A program made the position numbers and the translations under genes. Source: a virus (Duplodnaviria; Caudoviricetes). Taken from it: a stretch of DNA of 59,923 nucleotides. Position 1 is the first letter of the stretch. Each line of letters starts with the position of its first letter. Of this stretch, positions 36,818-47,342 are shown one piece after another. The notes beneath the pieces were generated by a model that did not search any database, had not been told where the DNA came from, and worked only from the letters and a program-made list of their open reading frames with translations. The DNA lies in the IMG/VR virus record IMGVR_UViG_3300036793_000083, positions 1 through 59,923 of that record; one strand, given 5' to 3'.

Positions 36818-39240
36818 TGGCCGAAGTCATCATCAGCGAGGCCGCGGTACGCATCCAGGTGGACAGTGCGGGCGCGGAGGACGACGCGGCCCGCTCCGGT
36901 GCGCTGGCCGGCTCGGCGTTCGCCGACGCGGCCGACCACGGCAGTAAGGGTGCGCTGCAGGACGCGATCAAGCAGTCCGGCCCGCAGCTGACCGCGGACG
37001 CCGAGGTGGCGGGAGACGCCGCCGGCAAGGGGTTCAAAGACAAGTTCGCCGGCCAGACAAAGAACATGCCCGCGGCCGACGTGCCGATCAACGCGCTCGA
37101 CGTCGCGTTCAAAAAACAGGTGTCCGATGCGGTCAGTGAGGTGGAGAAGAAAGCGGCCAACATCCCGCTGAACGCCGACGGTGAGGCGCTGCGCACGAAG
37201 GTGAGTGCGCAGATCAAGGAAATTCAGGACACGCTGAAAATCCAGGTGCCTACCGAGCCGGGGGACGCGGTGGAGTACCGGCGCAAGCTGGCCGAGATGG
37301 TCAAGTTGGCCAGCGCCGGTGTCACCGCGAACGTCAAGGTCGACACCGACACGTCGGCGCTGGGCAAGCTCAGCTCCGCGTTCAAGGATCTGATCAACGT
37401 TGCCAAAGGCGTCGATGACACGTTCAAGGGGCTGACCGGATCGGGCAACGGCGCTGGCGGCATGATCAAGAATCTGATCGGCCTGTCCGCGAACGGACTA
37501 CAGCCTGCCATGTCCTCACTCGGCGGATCGATCGCCAGCACTGCCGCATCGGTGGGACTGATGGCATTGAAAGCGCCGCTGATGGCAGCCGCGATCACCC
37601 TCGGCGCGGGCGCTGCCGTGTCGGCGGTCGGCGCGCTGGTCGCGATCATCGGCTCGGTGCCGCCATTACTGCTCAGCATCGGTGCGCCGATGCTCCTGTT
37701 CACCCTCGGCATGGACGGCCTGAAAACGGCGGCCGTCAATCTGGTGAAGCCGTTCGATGACCTGAAGGTGGCGGTGAACACCGCGTTCGCCAACGATTTC
37801 CGGCCCGTGTTCGATTCGTTGCAGGGCGTGATCAAGGCCGTCAATATCGGGCTGGTCGGCATCGTCTCGGAACTGTCGTTCTTTGCTCGCGACCTCGCGA
37901 ACGTGATCAACACGGTGGAGGGCACCCAGAAGATCGAGACGGCACTAGGAGGCGTGCAACTGTTCCTGGACCACGTGCGCGAGGGCGCCGTGTCCGCCTT
38001 TAACGCGATCCTGAACATACTGGCGACGCAGGATCTGTACCGGATCTGGGGGGATATCGTCGGCGGCGCGTTGCTCCGCGTCGGCGACCTGTTCAACGAA
38101 CTAGCGAACGACAACGCCCTGGCACCGGCGATGGTGCAGGTGAAGGACGTACTCCTGTCCATAGTTGACCTCATTGTCCAGCTGGCGCGCGGGTCGCTGG
38201 AATTCTTCACCGCGGCCGGTCCGGGGTTCACCGCGTTCTTTCGCGATATCAGCCACCTGATCGAGGGCGTTGACTGGAAGTCACTGGGTGGCGCGTTCGC
38301 CAGTATGCTCGAACGGCTCGGTAATGTACTGCTGGCCATTCCGCCCGACAAGTGGCAGGCGATCGGCGATGCTATCGGAGCGCTCGCGCAGAAATTCATC
38401 GACTGGGTGTCCTCGGGCGGGATCCCCGACCTGATCGGCGCACTCGCCGGACTGGTGTCCATCATGATCGATATCAGCGGAGCGATCGAGGGGCTGATCA
38501 AGGGGATCGAGACGCTGAACAAGTACCTCGACGCGATCCAGAATTTCTTTTACGACAAGTTCACGAAGCCGACCATTGACGCGGCGAAGGCGCTGGCCTC
38601 ATTCTTCGGCATCGCCAGCCCGGCACAGTGGTTTATCGACCTCGGGCAGAACATCGGAGCCGGGCTCCTCATCGGACTGGAAGGCAAGATCGGGGACGTC
38701 CTGAACTTTTTTGCCGACCTGCCCGGCCGGATCATCGGTGCCCTCGGCGACCTCGGCGGCCGGATGCTGCAGTCCGGTGCCGATGCGGTCGCGGGCTTCG
38801 TGCGCGGTATCGAGGGCGCGATCTCCAGCGCCGCGCAGGCCGCTGCCCGGATGGCGCAGGAGGCGTGGGACGCGGCTAAACGCGTGCTCGGCATCTCCAG
38901 CCCGTCCACCGTGTTCGCGGATATCGGCTCGAACACCGTGGAAGGTTTCTTGCAGGGCCTTCAGGGTCGGATGACCGAGATCCTGCCGCTGTTGCGCCAG
39001 GTGTTCGCGCAGGTCGCCGCGCAGGCGGGCAACGTCGATATCTCGGGATTGCTCTCGCCGGTCAGCCTCACCGGCACCGCCGACGTCACCGGCATCGGCG
39101 CAGGCCTGCCGCAGTTCCCGACCGCGCAGGCGATCCAGGCCGCGATGACCACGGCGCTACAGCAGGCGCAGTGGAAGGTCAGCGGGCGCGACCTGGCTCT
39201 GGTCACGAACAACGCGAACAGTTGGGCGGCGACACGATGA
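36817..39240 (+). CDS. Tape measure protein
   Basis: Long Ala/Gly-rich helical protein with LGISSPS and FGIASPA motifs. Confidence 0.85.
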   Translation: MAEVIISEAAVRIQVDSAGAEDDAARSGALAGSAFADAADHGSKGALQDAIKQSGPQLTADAEVAGDAAGKGFKDKFAGQTKNMPAADVPINALDVAFKKQVSDAVSEVEKKAANIPLNADGEALRTKVSAQIKEIQDTLKIQVPTEPGDAVEYRRKLAEMVKLASAGVTANVKVDTDTSALGKLSSAFKDLINVAKGVDDTFKGLTGSGNGAGGMIKNLIGLSANGLQPAMSSLGGSIASTAASVGLMALKAPLMAAAITLGAGAAVSAVGALVAIIGSVPPLLLSIGAPMLLFTLGMDGLKTAAVNLVKPFDDLKVAVNTAFANDFRPVFDSLQGVIKAVNIGLVGIVSELSFFARDLANVINTVEGTQKIETALGGVQLFLDHVREGAVSAFNAILNILATQDLYRIWGDIVGGALLRVGDLFNELANDNALAPAMVQVKDVLLSIVDLIVQLARGSLEFFTAAGPGFTAFFRDISHLIEGVDWKSLGGAFASMLERLGNVLLAIPPDKWQAIGDAIGALAQKFIDWVSSGGIPDLIGALAGLVSIMIDISGAIEGLIKGIETLNKYLDAIQNFFYDKFTKPTIDAAKALASFFGIASPAQWFIDLGQNIGAGLLIGLEGKIGDVLNFFADLPGRIIGALGDLGGRMLQSGADAVAGFVRGIEGAISSAAQAAARMAQEAWDAAKRVLGISSPSTVFADIGSNTVEGFLQGLQGRMTEILPLLRQVFAQVAAQAGNVDISGLLSPVSLTGTADVTGIGAGLPQFPTAQAIQAAMTTALQQAQWKVSGRDLALVTNNANSWAATR

Positions 39241-40109
39241 CCACCGCGAGCGTGCTGACCGACGCCGACCTGCGGTATTTCTACCTCGGTCCGCTCGGCT
39301 ACCTGCGACAGCTCCCGCTGATCGCGCTGACCACGCCCACCGGGGCGAACGATGACCTGATAGGCGGGATGACGGCCAGCCTCGACGGCACGGGGACGCT
39401 GGACATGATGGGCCATCGGCGCACCTGGCAACTGTCCTGGGTGTGCCTCACGCCCGGTGAGCTCGCAACCGCGCAGGCGATGTTTCAGGGACTCTCACGC
39501 CTGCCGCTGCGGGTGATCGACCCGCGGGCAGGGAACCGGCTCACCCGCTCAGGCGCCTCGGGCGGGTCCTACTCGCTGGACACTTCGGCGCACACGGTCA
39601 CGGCGGGCACCGTCGCCTACGTCGCGGTGACCGACTACCCGGCGGCGTATCTCGGCCTGCTCGACGGCGGGGTGGCATGGTCGGTCCCGGTGTCCACCGT
39701 GTGCACGCTGCGGGTGGACGCGACCGGCAAGATCCCGCTGATCCCGGGCGAGACGGTCACCGTCGGCCTGCTGGTCAAGGGCACCCTGAACGCACAGCTC
39801 GGCGTGCAGTATTACGACGTCGCAGGCAGCGCTGGCAGTACCGCGCTGGGCACCAGCGTGACGCTGGCAGGCTGGGCGTGGCTGACCTATACGTTCACCC
39901 CGAGTGCTGGTCAGGTGTCCGCCAGCTTGATCCTGGTGGCTGCCAGCGGTGCGGCCAGGACGGTCACCGTCGGGCCTGGACTCTGGCACCCGGACAACAC
40001 CGACTGGTGCCCGGGGACCGGCTGCCCGGTGGTGCTGGCCAGCGCGATGACGCAGACCTATCCGGGACTGTCGCGCGTCGACTCCGCGATCACTCTGCGG
40101 GAGGCGTGA
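39237..40109 (+). CDS. Minor tail (distal-tail-like) protein
   Basis: Follows the tape measure gene; beta-rich. Confidence 0.65.
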   Translation: MTTASVLTDADLRYFYLGPLGYLRQLPLIALTTPTGANDDLIGGMTASLDGTGTLDMMGHRRTWQLSWVCLTPGELATAQAMFQGLSRLPLRVIDPRAGNRLTRSGASGGSYSLDTSAHTVTAGTVAYVAVTDYPAAYLGLLDGGVAWSVPVSTVCTLRVDATGKIPLIPGETVTVGLLVKGTLNAQLGVQYYDVAGSAGSTALGTSVTLAGWAWLTYTFTPSAGQVSASLILVAASGAARTVTVGPGLWHPDNTDWCPGTGCPVVLASAMTQTYPGLSRVDSAITLREA

Positions 40110-40257
40110 TGCGCTGGCGTTCCATCGCCGCGGAGAACATCAGCGCCGCGAGCGTCAGGCCCGCGCCGGTGAGCATGAATCTCCACTGCCCCGTCCAGAG
40201 CCACGCGATCGCGCCGAGGATCAGCAGGGTCAGCGCCAGCGCGTCGAGCACACTCAT
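40090..40257 (-). CDS. Small 2-TM membrane protein antisense in the tail module
   Basis: MSVLDALALTLLILGAIAWLWTGQWRFML...; fills the gap between tail genes. Confidence 0.55.
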   Translation of the reverse strand: MSVLDALALTLLILGAIAWLWTGQWRFMLTGAGLTLAALMFSAAMERQRITPPAE

Positions 40258-40311
40258 CGGTGAATGCTCCCGGCGGGCGGTCGCCGGTCCTCTTGTCAGC
40301 ACGCGACCAGT

Positions 40312-42804
40312 ATGGCATCAGGTGCCCCCGTGTTGATCCCGACAGACCCGCTCGACGCCGCCGCGCTGGCCGCAGCCCTGCTGCCCGGCCAGCGCCGCCA
40401 ACTGCGCAGCACGGTAGAGATCGACTGGAATCGCGACGGCGGCTACAGCCACGCCCTCTCGGATGTATCAGCGGCAGTCGGTAATCCCTCCATGCAGTGG
40501 GAGCTGGCCGACGGTGCGCCCGGATCCATGCGGGTGCAGTCGGGCACGTCGTCGCGCACGCTCACCCTGATCATGAACGGCCACGTGATCAGCGCCGGGC
40601 AGTGGATGCCGGTGGCCGAAGTGTTCGCGCCCTACAACACCGCCAGTCCGCTCTACGGCGTGCGCAAGCTCGACACCCCGGTGCGCTGGACCATTAGCGT
40701 CGCCACCTCGCGGGGCTGGATCCCCACGCGCCAGTTCACCGGCACGATCGGCGAGCCGACGGTGCAGCGCTCCAGCAACACCGTGACCCTCGTGTGCAGC
40801 GACATACCGCCGACCCTGCGCGGCCCGGTGCACTACCCGTCGTGGGCGGTGGACGGCGCGGCGGCCGGGCGGATGGGCAGCGACGAAGCCATGCGCGGGC
40901 TCGCGAGCGCCGTGGTCGACGGGATTTTCAACGCCGCTGGCCTGCTCACCCGGCCGCGCCCGCCGTGGATGTCGAGCACCGGCGTGCTGGCGATGTGCTG
41001 GCTGCCGCTGACCGGCTCGTTCGCGCCCGCCGTCGGCAAACAGCTAAGTCAAGCCCCGTGGGGCAACTTCCAATTGTTCCCGTCCACCTACAACATTTCC
41101 CCCGGGCGTCGCGGCGACGGGGCGTACTGGATCGATGGCCCGTTCGGTCAGGCCCGCAACTCGGATGCCCTGACCTACCCCGGGTCGCTGATCTACACGG
41201 GGCGCGACACGCAGCCACTGATCGCCGGTCGGTCCACGGGCATGAGCGCCTGGATCTACTGCGGGCCGACGGTCGCCGGCTACGACCCGACGCCCGCGGC
41301 GACCCTTCGCCAGCCGGTGCTGCGCTGTTACTTCGGCTTCGTGATCAGCGGCGGCAACTACTACGCGCAGCGCATCAGCATCGCCAGCAACGGCTCGGTG
41401 CTGCAGCTGCAGGTGGAGACCGGCGGAACACTCATCTACAGAGCGGACTGGACGCCGCCGAGCACCGCGTGGCGTCACGTATGGGCGCAGGTGGACCACT
41501 CGGGCGCGACGGTGACCGCCAAACTCATCGTGGATGGTGTGACGCAGATCAGCTACACGGCCAGCGGTTCGAGCAACAGCGAGGCAGCGACCGCGCTGAA
41601 CGTGTTGTTCTTTCCGCAGGAAGGCATCCACTGGCGCGGCGGGCTGCCGATGGCCGACGTGATGGCCTGGCAGGAGACCGGCGCTCCGGTCGCGGTGCCC
41701 GAGCGGACGGTGACGGCGCTGGCGACAGTGGATCGCTCGCTCAATGAGATCAGCTACGTGCCCCCGCCGGGCCCGACCGCATGGGACGACCTGAAGGCCA
41801 TCAGCTCGGCCGAGTCCGCCTCGATCAGCACCGACGCGTACGGGCAGGTGCACTGGCGCAACCGCGTCACCGCGCGATCCAGCGCGACGCCCGAGACGAT
41901 CACTCTGGCCTCGCCGGTGGACGTCGGCACCGTCGAGAGCCAGTCCGACCACGCGAACACCGTGGCGATCACCACGCAGCCCGGGCAGGCGTCCTGGCAG
42001 GTGGCCTGGACGCTGCCCGCGGTGGACACCATGCCGGTACCGGTCGGTGCGTCGACCTGGATCTTCCCGACTGATCCCACGGTGATCGCGATCGAGACGG
42101 GCACCGTGCCGAGGCTGTATCAGAGCCTCGCCGGCACCCTGCAGGGTGGCCTCACCTCGACACTGCCCGCGTGGTTCTCCAGCGTCGACAGCGGTTACGT
42201 CTTCGTCTATGACGGCACGGAGACCGAGGAGTGGACCAATCAACTGATGGTCGACACCTCGAACCAGTCGGGCCTGAACGATGGCCAGCGGGTGCGCATC
42301 GCGGTCAGCGACACGGGTGCGCTGCCGGGGCGCTTCCGGCTGATCTCCAGCGCGAACACCGATCCGCAGCCGGCGCTGCGGATCGCCGGATTGATCCTCG
42401 CGAAGCCGCCCGGCGACACCGCGACGATCACCTGGCCCGAGACGCTGGCGGCCGACGGGGGCGCGGTGCTGCCGCTCAGCCTCGCCGGTGGCGATTGGTA
42501 TCAGGATCTCGCCTCGGTGACCGCGACCGCGATGTTCCTGCTACGCCGGGCCTCCCAGCAGATCCCCGTATTCGACACGTTCGAGACGGTGGGCGACCCG
42601 CGCCGGGATGTGGCCGACCCGTGCCTGCTCCTGCTCGGCGGCAACGGCCAGCGGGTGATCGGATTCCACGCGGCCATCACGCGCTCGTTCACCGGCTCAC
42701 AGCTGCGCGACTCGCTGACCATCCGGGCGACGCACGGGCCGCGCCGGTGGGCGCTCGGAGACGCGGTGTACGGGCAACTTGAGTCGTCCGCGATCCTCGG
42801 ATAA
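40312..42804 (+). CDS. Large minor tail / baseplate protein
   Basis: VEIDWNRDG, LamG-like segment, GDPRRDVAD. Confidence 0.7.
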   Translation: MASGAPVLIPTDPLDAAALAAALLPGQRRQLRSTVEIDWNRDGGYSHALSDVSAAVGNPSMQWELADGAPGSMRVQSGTSSRTLTLIMNGHVISAGQWMPVAEVFAPYNTASPLYGVRKLDTPVRWTISVATSRGWIPTRQFTGTIGEPTVQRSSNTVTLVCSDIPPTLRGPVHYPSWAVDGAAAGRMGSDEAMRGLASAVVDGIFNAAGLLTRPRPPWMSSTGVLAMCWLPLTGSFAPAVGKQLSQAPWGNFQLFPSTYNISPGRRGDGAYWIDGPFGQARNSDALTYPGSLIYTGRDTQPLIAGRSTGMSAWIYCGPTVAGYDPTPAATLRQPVLRCYFGFVISGGNYYAQRISIASNGSVLQLQVETGGTLIYRADWTPPSTAWRHVWAQVDHSGATVTAKLIVDGVTQISYTASGSSNSEAATALNVLFFPQEGIHWRGGLPMADVMAWQETGAPVAVPERTVTALATVDRSLNEISYVPPPGPTAWDDLKAISSAESASISTDAYGQVHWRNRVTARSSATPETITLASPVDVGTVESQSDHANTVAITTQPGQASWQVAWTLPAVDTMPVPVGASTWIFPTDPTVIAIETGTVPRLYQSLAGTLQGGLTSTLPAWFSSVDSGYVFVYDGTETEEWTNQLMVDTSNQSGLNDGQRVRIAVSDTGALPGRFRLISSANTDPQPALRIAGLILAKPPGDTATITWPETLAADGGAVLPLSLAGGDWYQDLASVTATAMFLLRRASQQIPVFDTFETVGDPRRDVADPCLLLLGGNGQRVIGFHAAITRSFTGSQLRDSLTIRATHGPRRWALGDAVYGQLESSAILG

Positions 42805-42816
42805 CAGGAGCACCTG

Positions 42817-43383
42817 ATGCCGACGTATCCCACGCTGCCGGGCACCTATGCGCCAGGCGACACGCCCACGGCGGACGAACTCGACGCGATCGTTACCACG
42901 CTGACCATGCTCACCGGTCCGCCGTCGTGCGAGGTGCGCCTGACCTCGGACGTCACGCAGACGAACACCGATATCATCGCGCAGAACGGGTGGAACGTGC
43001 CGAGCGGCGCGGACCCGATGGGCATGGCGAACCTCTCGGCCACCTCGGGCACCGCGTCGTGGATCCAGATCCCCACCGGATGGGCGGGGCGCTACGTGAT
43101 GCACTTCCACGCCATCGTCACCGGACTGTCCAGCCCGGCCAGCGCCGCCGCGCACATCACGCTGAACTCCACCACGGTCACCACCGCGGCGATCGCGTCC
43201 GACCTGGACGGTGCCACCGCGGGCGGCGCGATCGAGCTCGACGCACACCGCGAGCGGGTGATGGCCGCGGGCGACAAGTTGTTCTGGTCCACGTGGGCCA
43301 GCACCACGGGCGGAACCCTGAAGGCAGCGAACCTGACGAGTGTGCTCACCATGCTCACGGTCCGATGGGTGGGTCAGGTCTGA
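42817..43383 (+). CDS. Minor tail protein
   Basis: RBS AGGAG; position. Confidence 0.6.
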   Translation: MPTYPTLPGTYAPGDTPTADELDAIVTTLTMLTGPPSCEVRLTSDVTQTNTDIIAQNGWNVPSGADPMGMANLSATSGTASWIQIPTGWAGRYVMHFHAIVTGLSSPASAAAHITLNSTTVTTAAIASDLDGATAGGAIELDAHRERVMAAGDKLFWSTWASTTGGTLKAANLTSVLTMLTVRWVGQV

Positions 43384-43459
43384 TCGCGACCGCGACATGG
43401 CGTGATCCTCATGATGCGACAGTCCATCGCGTCCAGTGGCGCGCGGAAGGCGGGCGACG

Positions 43460-43678
43460 ATGATCCCCCCGAGGATCGCTAACGGCGTGGTCATCCTGGT
43501 CAGCATCGTGTTCGCGATCAACTTCGGCGCGCAGTTCTTTGTACCGAGCTACAAGCCAGACCCGTACATCTACGGGGTTTTCATGACGTTGGTGGGTGGA
43601 AGTTTCGCCTTGAAACATCCCGGGCGGGCTACTCCTGAACCGCCGACACCGAAAGCGGGAGAAAGTATCCGGAGGTGA
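43460..43678 (+). CDS. 2-TM membrane protein (lysis-associated)
   Basis: Hydrophobic; lysis cluster. Confidence 0.55.
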   Translation: MIPPRIANGVVILVSIVFAINFGAQFFVPSYKPDPYIYGVFMTLVGGSFALKHPGRATPEPPTPKAGESIRR

Positions 43679-44199
43679 CCGTGGGTGACCTTGCGTACAT
43701 CGTGGCGGTCGCACTCTCGTCCGTCGTCGGCTTCATCGTCGGCTTCATCGTGGGGGCAGTGGTGAACAGTCGCAGCGTGGCCATCCGGCATGGCCTGCTC
43801 TCGGCCAATACGTTCGTGGGGGGGCTGGTGCTCCTGATCGGCATACTTGGGTCGGTCCTCATCGGCCAGCAGTCGAGCCGTCTCAGTGCGGTGGCCGACT
43901 GCCAGACCCGCGGCTTCGCGGCGTTCTCCGATGCGCTGAACGCCAGGAACACCGCGCAGGAAGGGCAGATTCAGGGCCTGCGCGAGCAGGCGCAGCAACA
44001 GCTACGCCAGAACCAGGCGCAGTTGGCCCTGCTGTCCACGCCACCGGGCAATCCGGAGCTCGGCTCGCAGGCCATCGAGACATACCGGCGCGCGGTGGCC
44101 GCCCACAATGTGGCATTGCAGCAGTTGATCGACGCGCAGGAGCAGGTCAGCCAGTCGCGCCGGGACAACCCGCTGTATCTGCCGAAGTGTGGAGGCTGA
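43675..44199 (+). CDS. Membrane protein with coiled-coil C-terminus (lysis-associated)
   Basis: 2 TM segments, Cys pair, Gln-rich helix. Confidence 0.6.
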   Translation: MTVGDLAYIVAVALSSVVGFIVGFIVGAVVNSRSVAIRHGLLSANTFVGGLVLLIGILGSVLIGQQSSRLSAVADCQTRGFAAFSDALNARNTAQEGQIQGLREQAQQQLRQNQAQLALLSTPPGNPELGSQAIETYRRAVAAHNVALQQLIDAQEQVSQSRRDNPLYLPKCGG

Positions 44200-44202
44200 C
44201 CG

Positions 44203-44814
44203 GTGATCTATACCCCGTACATCCTCGGCGGTGCCGTGGTGATCGCCTCGGCGGCACTGCTCACGGTGGACGCGTCGCAGGCGCAGGACCGTGCGATGCG
44301 GGGTGAGTCGCTGGCCGTCCAGGTGCGTCAGGCGTGCACGGTCGGGCAGCCCGAGGTGGCCAGCGAACTGCGCCGTAGCGGTGCGTGCGGCGCAGCGGAG
44401 ACGGTGATCGCGGGCATCCCCGGCCCGGCCGGTATGCGCGGCGCGACCGGTCCCGCTGGCCCGCGCGGCGACCAGGGACCACCCGGGCCGCAGGGCCCGC
44501 CGGGCCCGTCGGGCCCGGCGGGCGTTCCCGGATCACCCGGCGCACCAGGCACGTCCGGGCAGCAGGGCAGCGTCGGACCGCAGGGGGACACCGGCCCGCG
44601 CGGTCCGGCTGGGGTCACCGGGCCGCCGTGTCCCGCCGGGCAGGAACGGGTGATGGTCACCTACGCCGACGGGCGCACTGGATCGGGCTGCGTCCTGCCC
44701 ACCGTGCCGCCGACCGTCACGCCCGCACCGACCACTACAGCGCCACCGTCACCGCCGAGTAGCACCATGCCATCGCCGAGCGACGTCCCGCCGATCATCG
44801 GAGGTTTCTCATGA
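44203..44814 (+). CDS. Membrane-anchored collagen-like (Gly-X-Y) protein
   Basis: About 24 GXY triplets. Confidence 0.8.
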   Translation: MIYTPYILGGAVVIASAALLTVDASQAQDRAMRGESLAVQVRQACTVGQPEVASELRRSGACGAAETVIAGIPGPAGMRGATGPAGPRGDQGPPGPQGPPGPSGPAGVPGSPGAPGTSGQQGSVGPQGDTGPRGPAGVTGPPCPAGQERVMVTYADGRTGSGCVLPTVPPTVTPAPTTTAPPSPPSSTMPSPSDVPPIIGGFS

Positions 44815-45020
44815 CCTGGATCCCGCATCGCAAGGTGGCCACCGCGAGCACAGTCGGCCCCGTCGTCGTAGCCCTGCTGGCATGGATCACGCCGGATCTG
44901 CCCGCGCCCGTGGTGGCGGTGGCGGCCTCGCTGGTCACGGCGGGCGTGGCCTACTGGACACCTTCGCCGATCGCCACATCCGTCGCGGTGCCCGTACAGG
45001 GGGAAGCCCCGCACGCGTGA
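44811..45020 (+). CDS. Holin-like small membrane protein
   Basis: PHRKVATAS, 2 TM segments, VAYWTP. Confidence 0.55.
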   Translation: MTWIPHRKVATASTVGPVVVALLAWITPDLPAPVVAVAASLVTAGVAYWTPSPIATSVAVPVQGEAPHA

Positions 45021-45089
45021 CGGGGGGTCGATCCGCGTACGGGGCTCGGCGGGTCACCTTCCCGGGCGTAACCCGCTGACCCGATCGTA

Positions 45090-45320
45090 CTAGTCGATCA
45101 GCGACACGTCGTGAGTCCGCCATCCCTGCGGTGTGGCGGGCGCGTCCACCGGTGTCCGCTGTCGACGGTTCACCGCGCGGGCGACCAGGACGGCCAGCGC
45201 GATGCCGAGCAGGACCCACGCGATCACGCCGAGTTCAGAGAACGCGACGACGACGATCACCGCCGTACCGAAGGCGATCCGCAGCGGCGACGGTCGGCGT
45301 CGGCGGTAGCAACGTCTCAT
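45090..45320 (-). CDS. Small membrane protein antisense in the lysis region
   Basis: Basic N-terminus plus 2 TM segments. Confidence 0.5.
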   Translation of the reverse strand: MRRCYRRRRPSPLRIAFGTAVIVVVAFSELGVIAWVLLGIALAVLVARAVNRRQRTPVDAPATPQGWRTHDVSLID

Positions 45321-45400
45321 GACTCGTTATCGCCACCATGGCGACACCGTTACACGCGACTGACCCGGTTGCGCCTCACCCGTGTGGTGCACTCCGGATC

Positions 45401-45655
45401 ATGATGCGTACAAGGGGATTCATCGCTGCCGGTGCCGCCACCGTTGCCGCTCTCGGGCTGGTCGGCGCGGGCACCGCCGAGGCCGCGCCGGCAACCGGAC
45501 CGGTGCAGTGCGCGAGCAACGTGACCGCTGCAGTACTGGCCAGCCTCACGGCTAACCACGTGCCGGTCACCTCCGGTCAGGTGATCCAGTACCTACAGAT
45601 CGTCGTCGTCAACGGCGTCGGCGCTATTCAGTCCTGCGTGGTCATTGTCCCGTAA
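45401..45655 (+). CDS. Small secreted hydrophobic protein with 2 Cys
   Basis: Signal peptide ending AEA|A; TAATG coupling to endolysin. Confidence 0.6.
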   Translation: MMRTRGFIAAGAATVAALGLVGAGTAEAAPATGPVQCASNVTAAVLASLTANHVPVTSGQVIQYLQIVVVNGVGAIQSCVVIVP

Positions 45656-46608
45656 TGCTGGGCCTCGACTTCGCGGGAGGACGGCCGGGCGCCAGTGCGA
45701 TCAAGGCGGCCGGCTACCACTTCGTGTGCCGGTACCTCTCGCCAGGCGGTAGCGGACTGCCCGGCAAGCTCTTACTTCCTGGCGAGTACGACGAATATAT
45801 GGCCGCGGGCGTCGCGGTGGTCGCGAATTGGGAGACCAGCTCGGACCGGTCGCTCGGCGGGTATGCCGCGGGCGTGGCCGACGCGCAGGCCGCTCGCGCC
45901 ACGTGCATCGCGGTCGGCCATCCGGAGCTGCGACCGATTTATTTCTCGGTGGATTTCGACGCCTCGCCGAGCCAGCAGGGCGCGATCGATGACTACCTGC
46001 GCGGCGCGGCCTCGGTGCTCGGCGGGCCCGACCGGATCGGCGTCTACGGGTCGTACTACGTGTGCCAGCGCTGCGCCGCCAGCGGGACTGCTCAGTGGTT
46101 CTGGCAGACCGGCGCATGGAGCGGCGGACAACGCTGGGCAGGCGCACACATCTATCAGCGCATCGGCTTCGTCTCGGTGGCGGGTGTGCAGTGCGACGTG
46201 AACGAAGCCCTCGCGCCGGACTTCGGCCACGCCCCGTACTCCGGACCGGTCACGCTGATGGGCCGACGCCGTAGTCGACGCAGGGATGAGGAGAACACAG
46301 TGCAGCTACCGGCGACCACTACCCGGCTCGACATGCAGGTGCCCACCGACGTGATCGGCGGATGGTGCGGCGCGGCGAACCTGCTCCTGACCGCCAACAC
46401 CGGCGGCGCCACGGTCTACGGCGTGTACGCGGTGAGCGACCGAGGCGCCACCCCGCCACTCGTCGCGCCGCTGGCAACCAACGATCACGGTCAGCCCTAT
46501 GTGCAGTGGTGGCCCTGGAAGGTGTCGCTCCCCTCGGGCGTGACCAGCGTGATCGTCAACTACACGGCGCCCGCGGGCATGGTCGCGCGCATCGAGTATC
46601 AGAACTGA
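45655..46608 (+). CDS. Endolysin, DUF1906 / Rv2525c-like glycoside hydrolase
   Basis: LDFAG..P.ASAIKAAGY.FVCRYLS, PIYFSVDFD, IGVYG, WQTGAWSGG. Confidence 0.88.
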   Translation: MLGLDFAGGRPGASAIKAAGYHFVCRYLSPGGSGLPGKLLLPGEYDEYMAAGVAVVANWETSSDRSLGGYAAGVADAQAARATCIAVGHPELRPIYFSVDFDASPSQQGAIDDYLRGAASVLGGPDRIGVYGSYYVCQRCAASGTAQWFWQTGAWSGGQRWAGAHIYQRIGFVSVAGVQCDVNEALAPDFGHAPYSGPVTLMGRRRSRRRDEENTVQLPATTTRLDMQVPTDVIGGWCGAANLLLTANTGGATVYGVYAVSDRGATPPLVAPLATNDHGQPYVQWWPWKVSLPSGVTSVIVNYTAPAGMVARIEYQN

Positions 46609-47027
46609 TGGCCGACTCGTCCACCGATGCCTACCGGCCGGTCCTGCCGGTGAAGGTAGGCGTGACCCGGTGGATCCAGTTCCGTGCGCTACGTGACGCG
46701 GGAAACGCGCTGTTCGACCCGACGGGATGGGCAATCCGCGGGGTGGCGAAGCGGGGCACGCCCGACGGGGACGTGGTGGCCGAGTGGGTCAGCGGGTCGC
46801 CGACCGGCACGCAGGGCCTCGCCGAGGTGATCCCCGCAGACCTGACCGTGGATCCGGCCGCCGACCCGTCGGAGTACTGGGTGCAGCTGAACATCTCGGC
46901 GGCTATGTCGGACGCCTGGAATTTCCACCACGCACCGCTCGATGTGGAGGTCACCGAGCCGAGCGGTGATCAGCGGCAGGAAGTGTTCAGCGCCCTGATC
47001 GAGACGATCCCGACCACCGTGCACTGA
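46608..47027 (+). CDS. Hypothetical structural/accessory protein
   Basis: TGATG coupling; beta-rich. Confidence 0.5.
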   Translation: MADSSTDAYRPVLPVKVGVTRWIQFRALRDAGNALFDPTGWAIRGVAKRGTPDGDVVAEWVSGSPTGTQGLAEVIPADLTVDPAADPSEYWVQLNISAAMSDAWNFHHAPLDVEVTEPSGDQRQEVFSALIETIPTTVH

Positions 47028-47036
47028 GGAGAGACC

Positions 47037-47342
47037 GTGCCGATCGTGCTGATGGGCAACACCGACGCCGTGCATGTCACTGCGGACGGCAACACTGTCC
47101 CGTTGCCCGGGCGCCTCATCACCACCGCGAGCGTGCTGGCCACCGAGGACACCGTGGCGCAGCAGGCCATGACCATCACTGCCGAGGTGGCCACCGGCGC
47201 GACGATGGACGGCGTGTGGCGATCGCACTCCCGTGCCGCCGCGCCCGCGTGGGTGGAGTCCGACAGCCCTGACCTCGCGCAGGCGCTCGCGAGCCACTAC
47301 GGCTGCCCCATCGGCCGCCCCGACGACTGGGAGACGCCGTGA
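47037..47342 (+). CDS. Hypothetical protein
   Basis: RBS GAGGAG. Confidence 0.6.
   Translation: MPIVLMGNTDAVHVTADGNTVPLPGRLITTASVLATEDTVAQQAMTITAEVATGATMDGVWRSHSRAAAPAWVESDSPDLAQALASHYGCPIGRPDDWETP

Noticed and set aside
44420-44640. Collagen-like GXY repeat as a novelty
   Set aside because: Common in actinophage lysis and tail regions.
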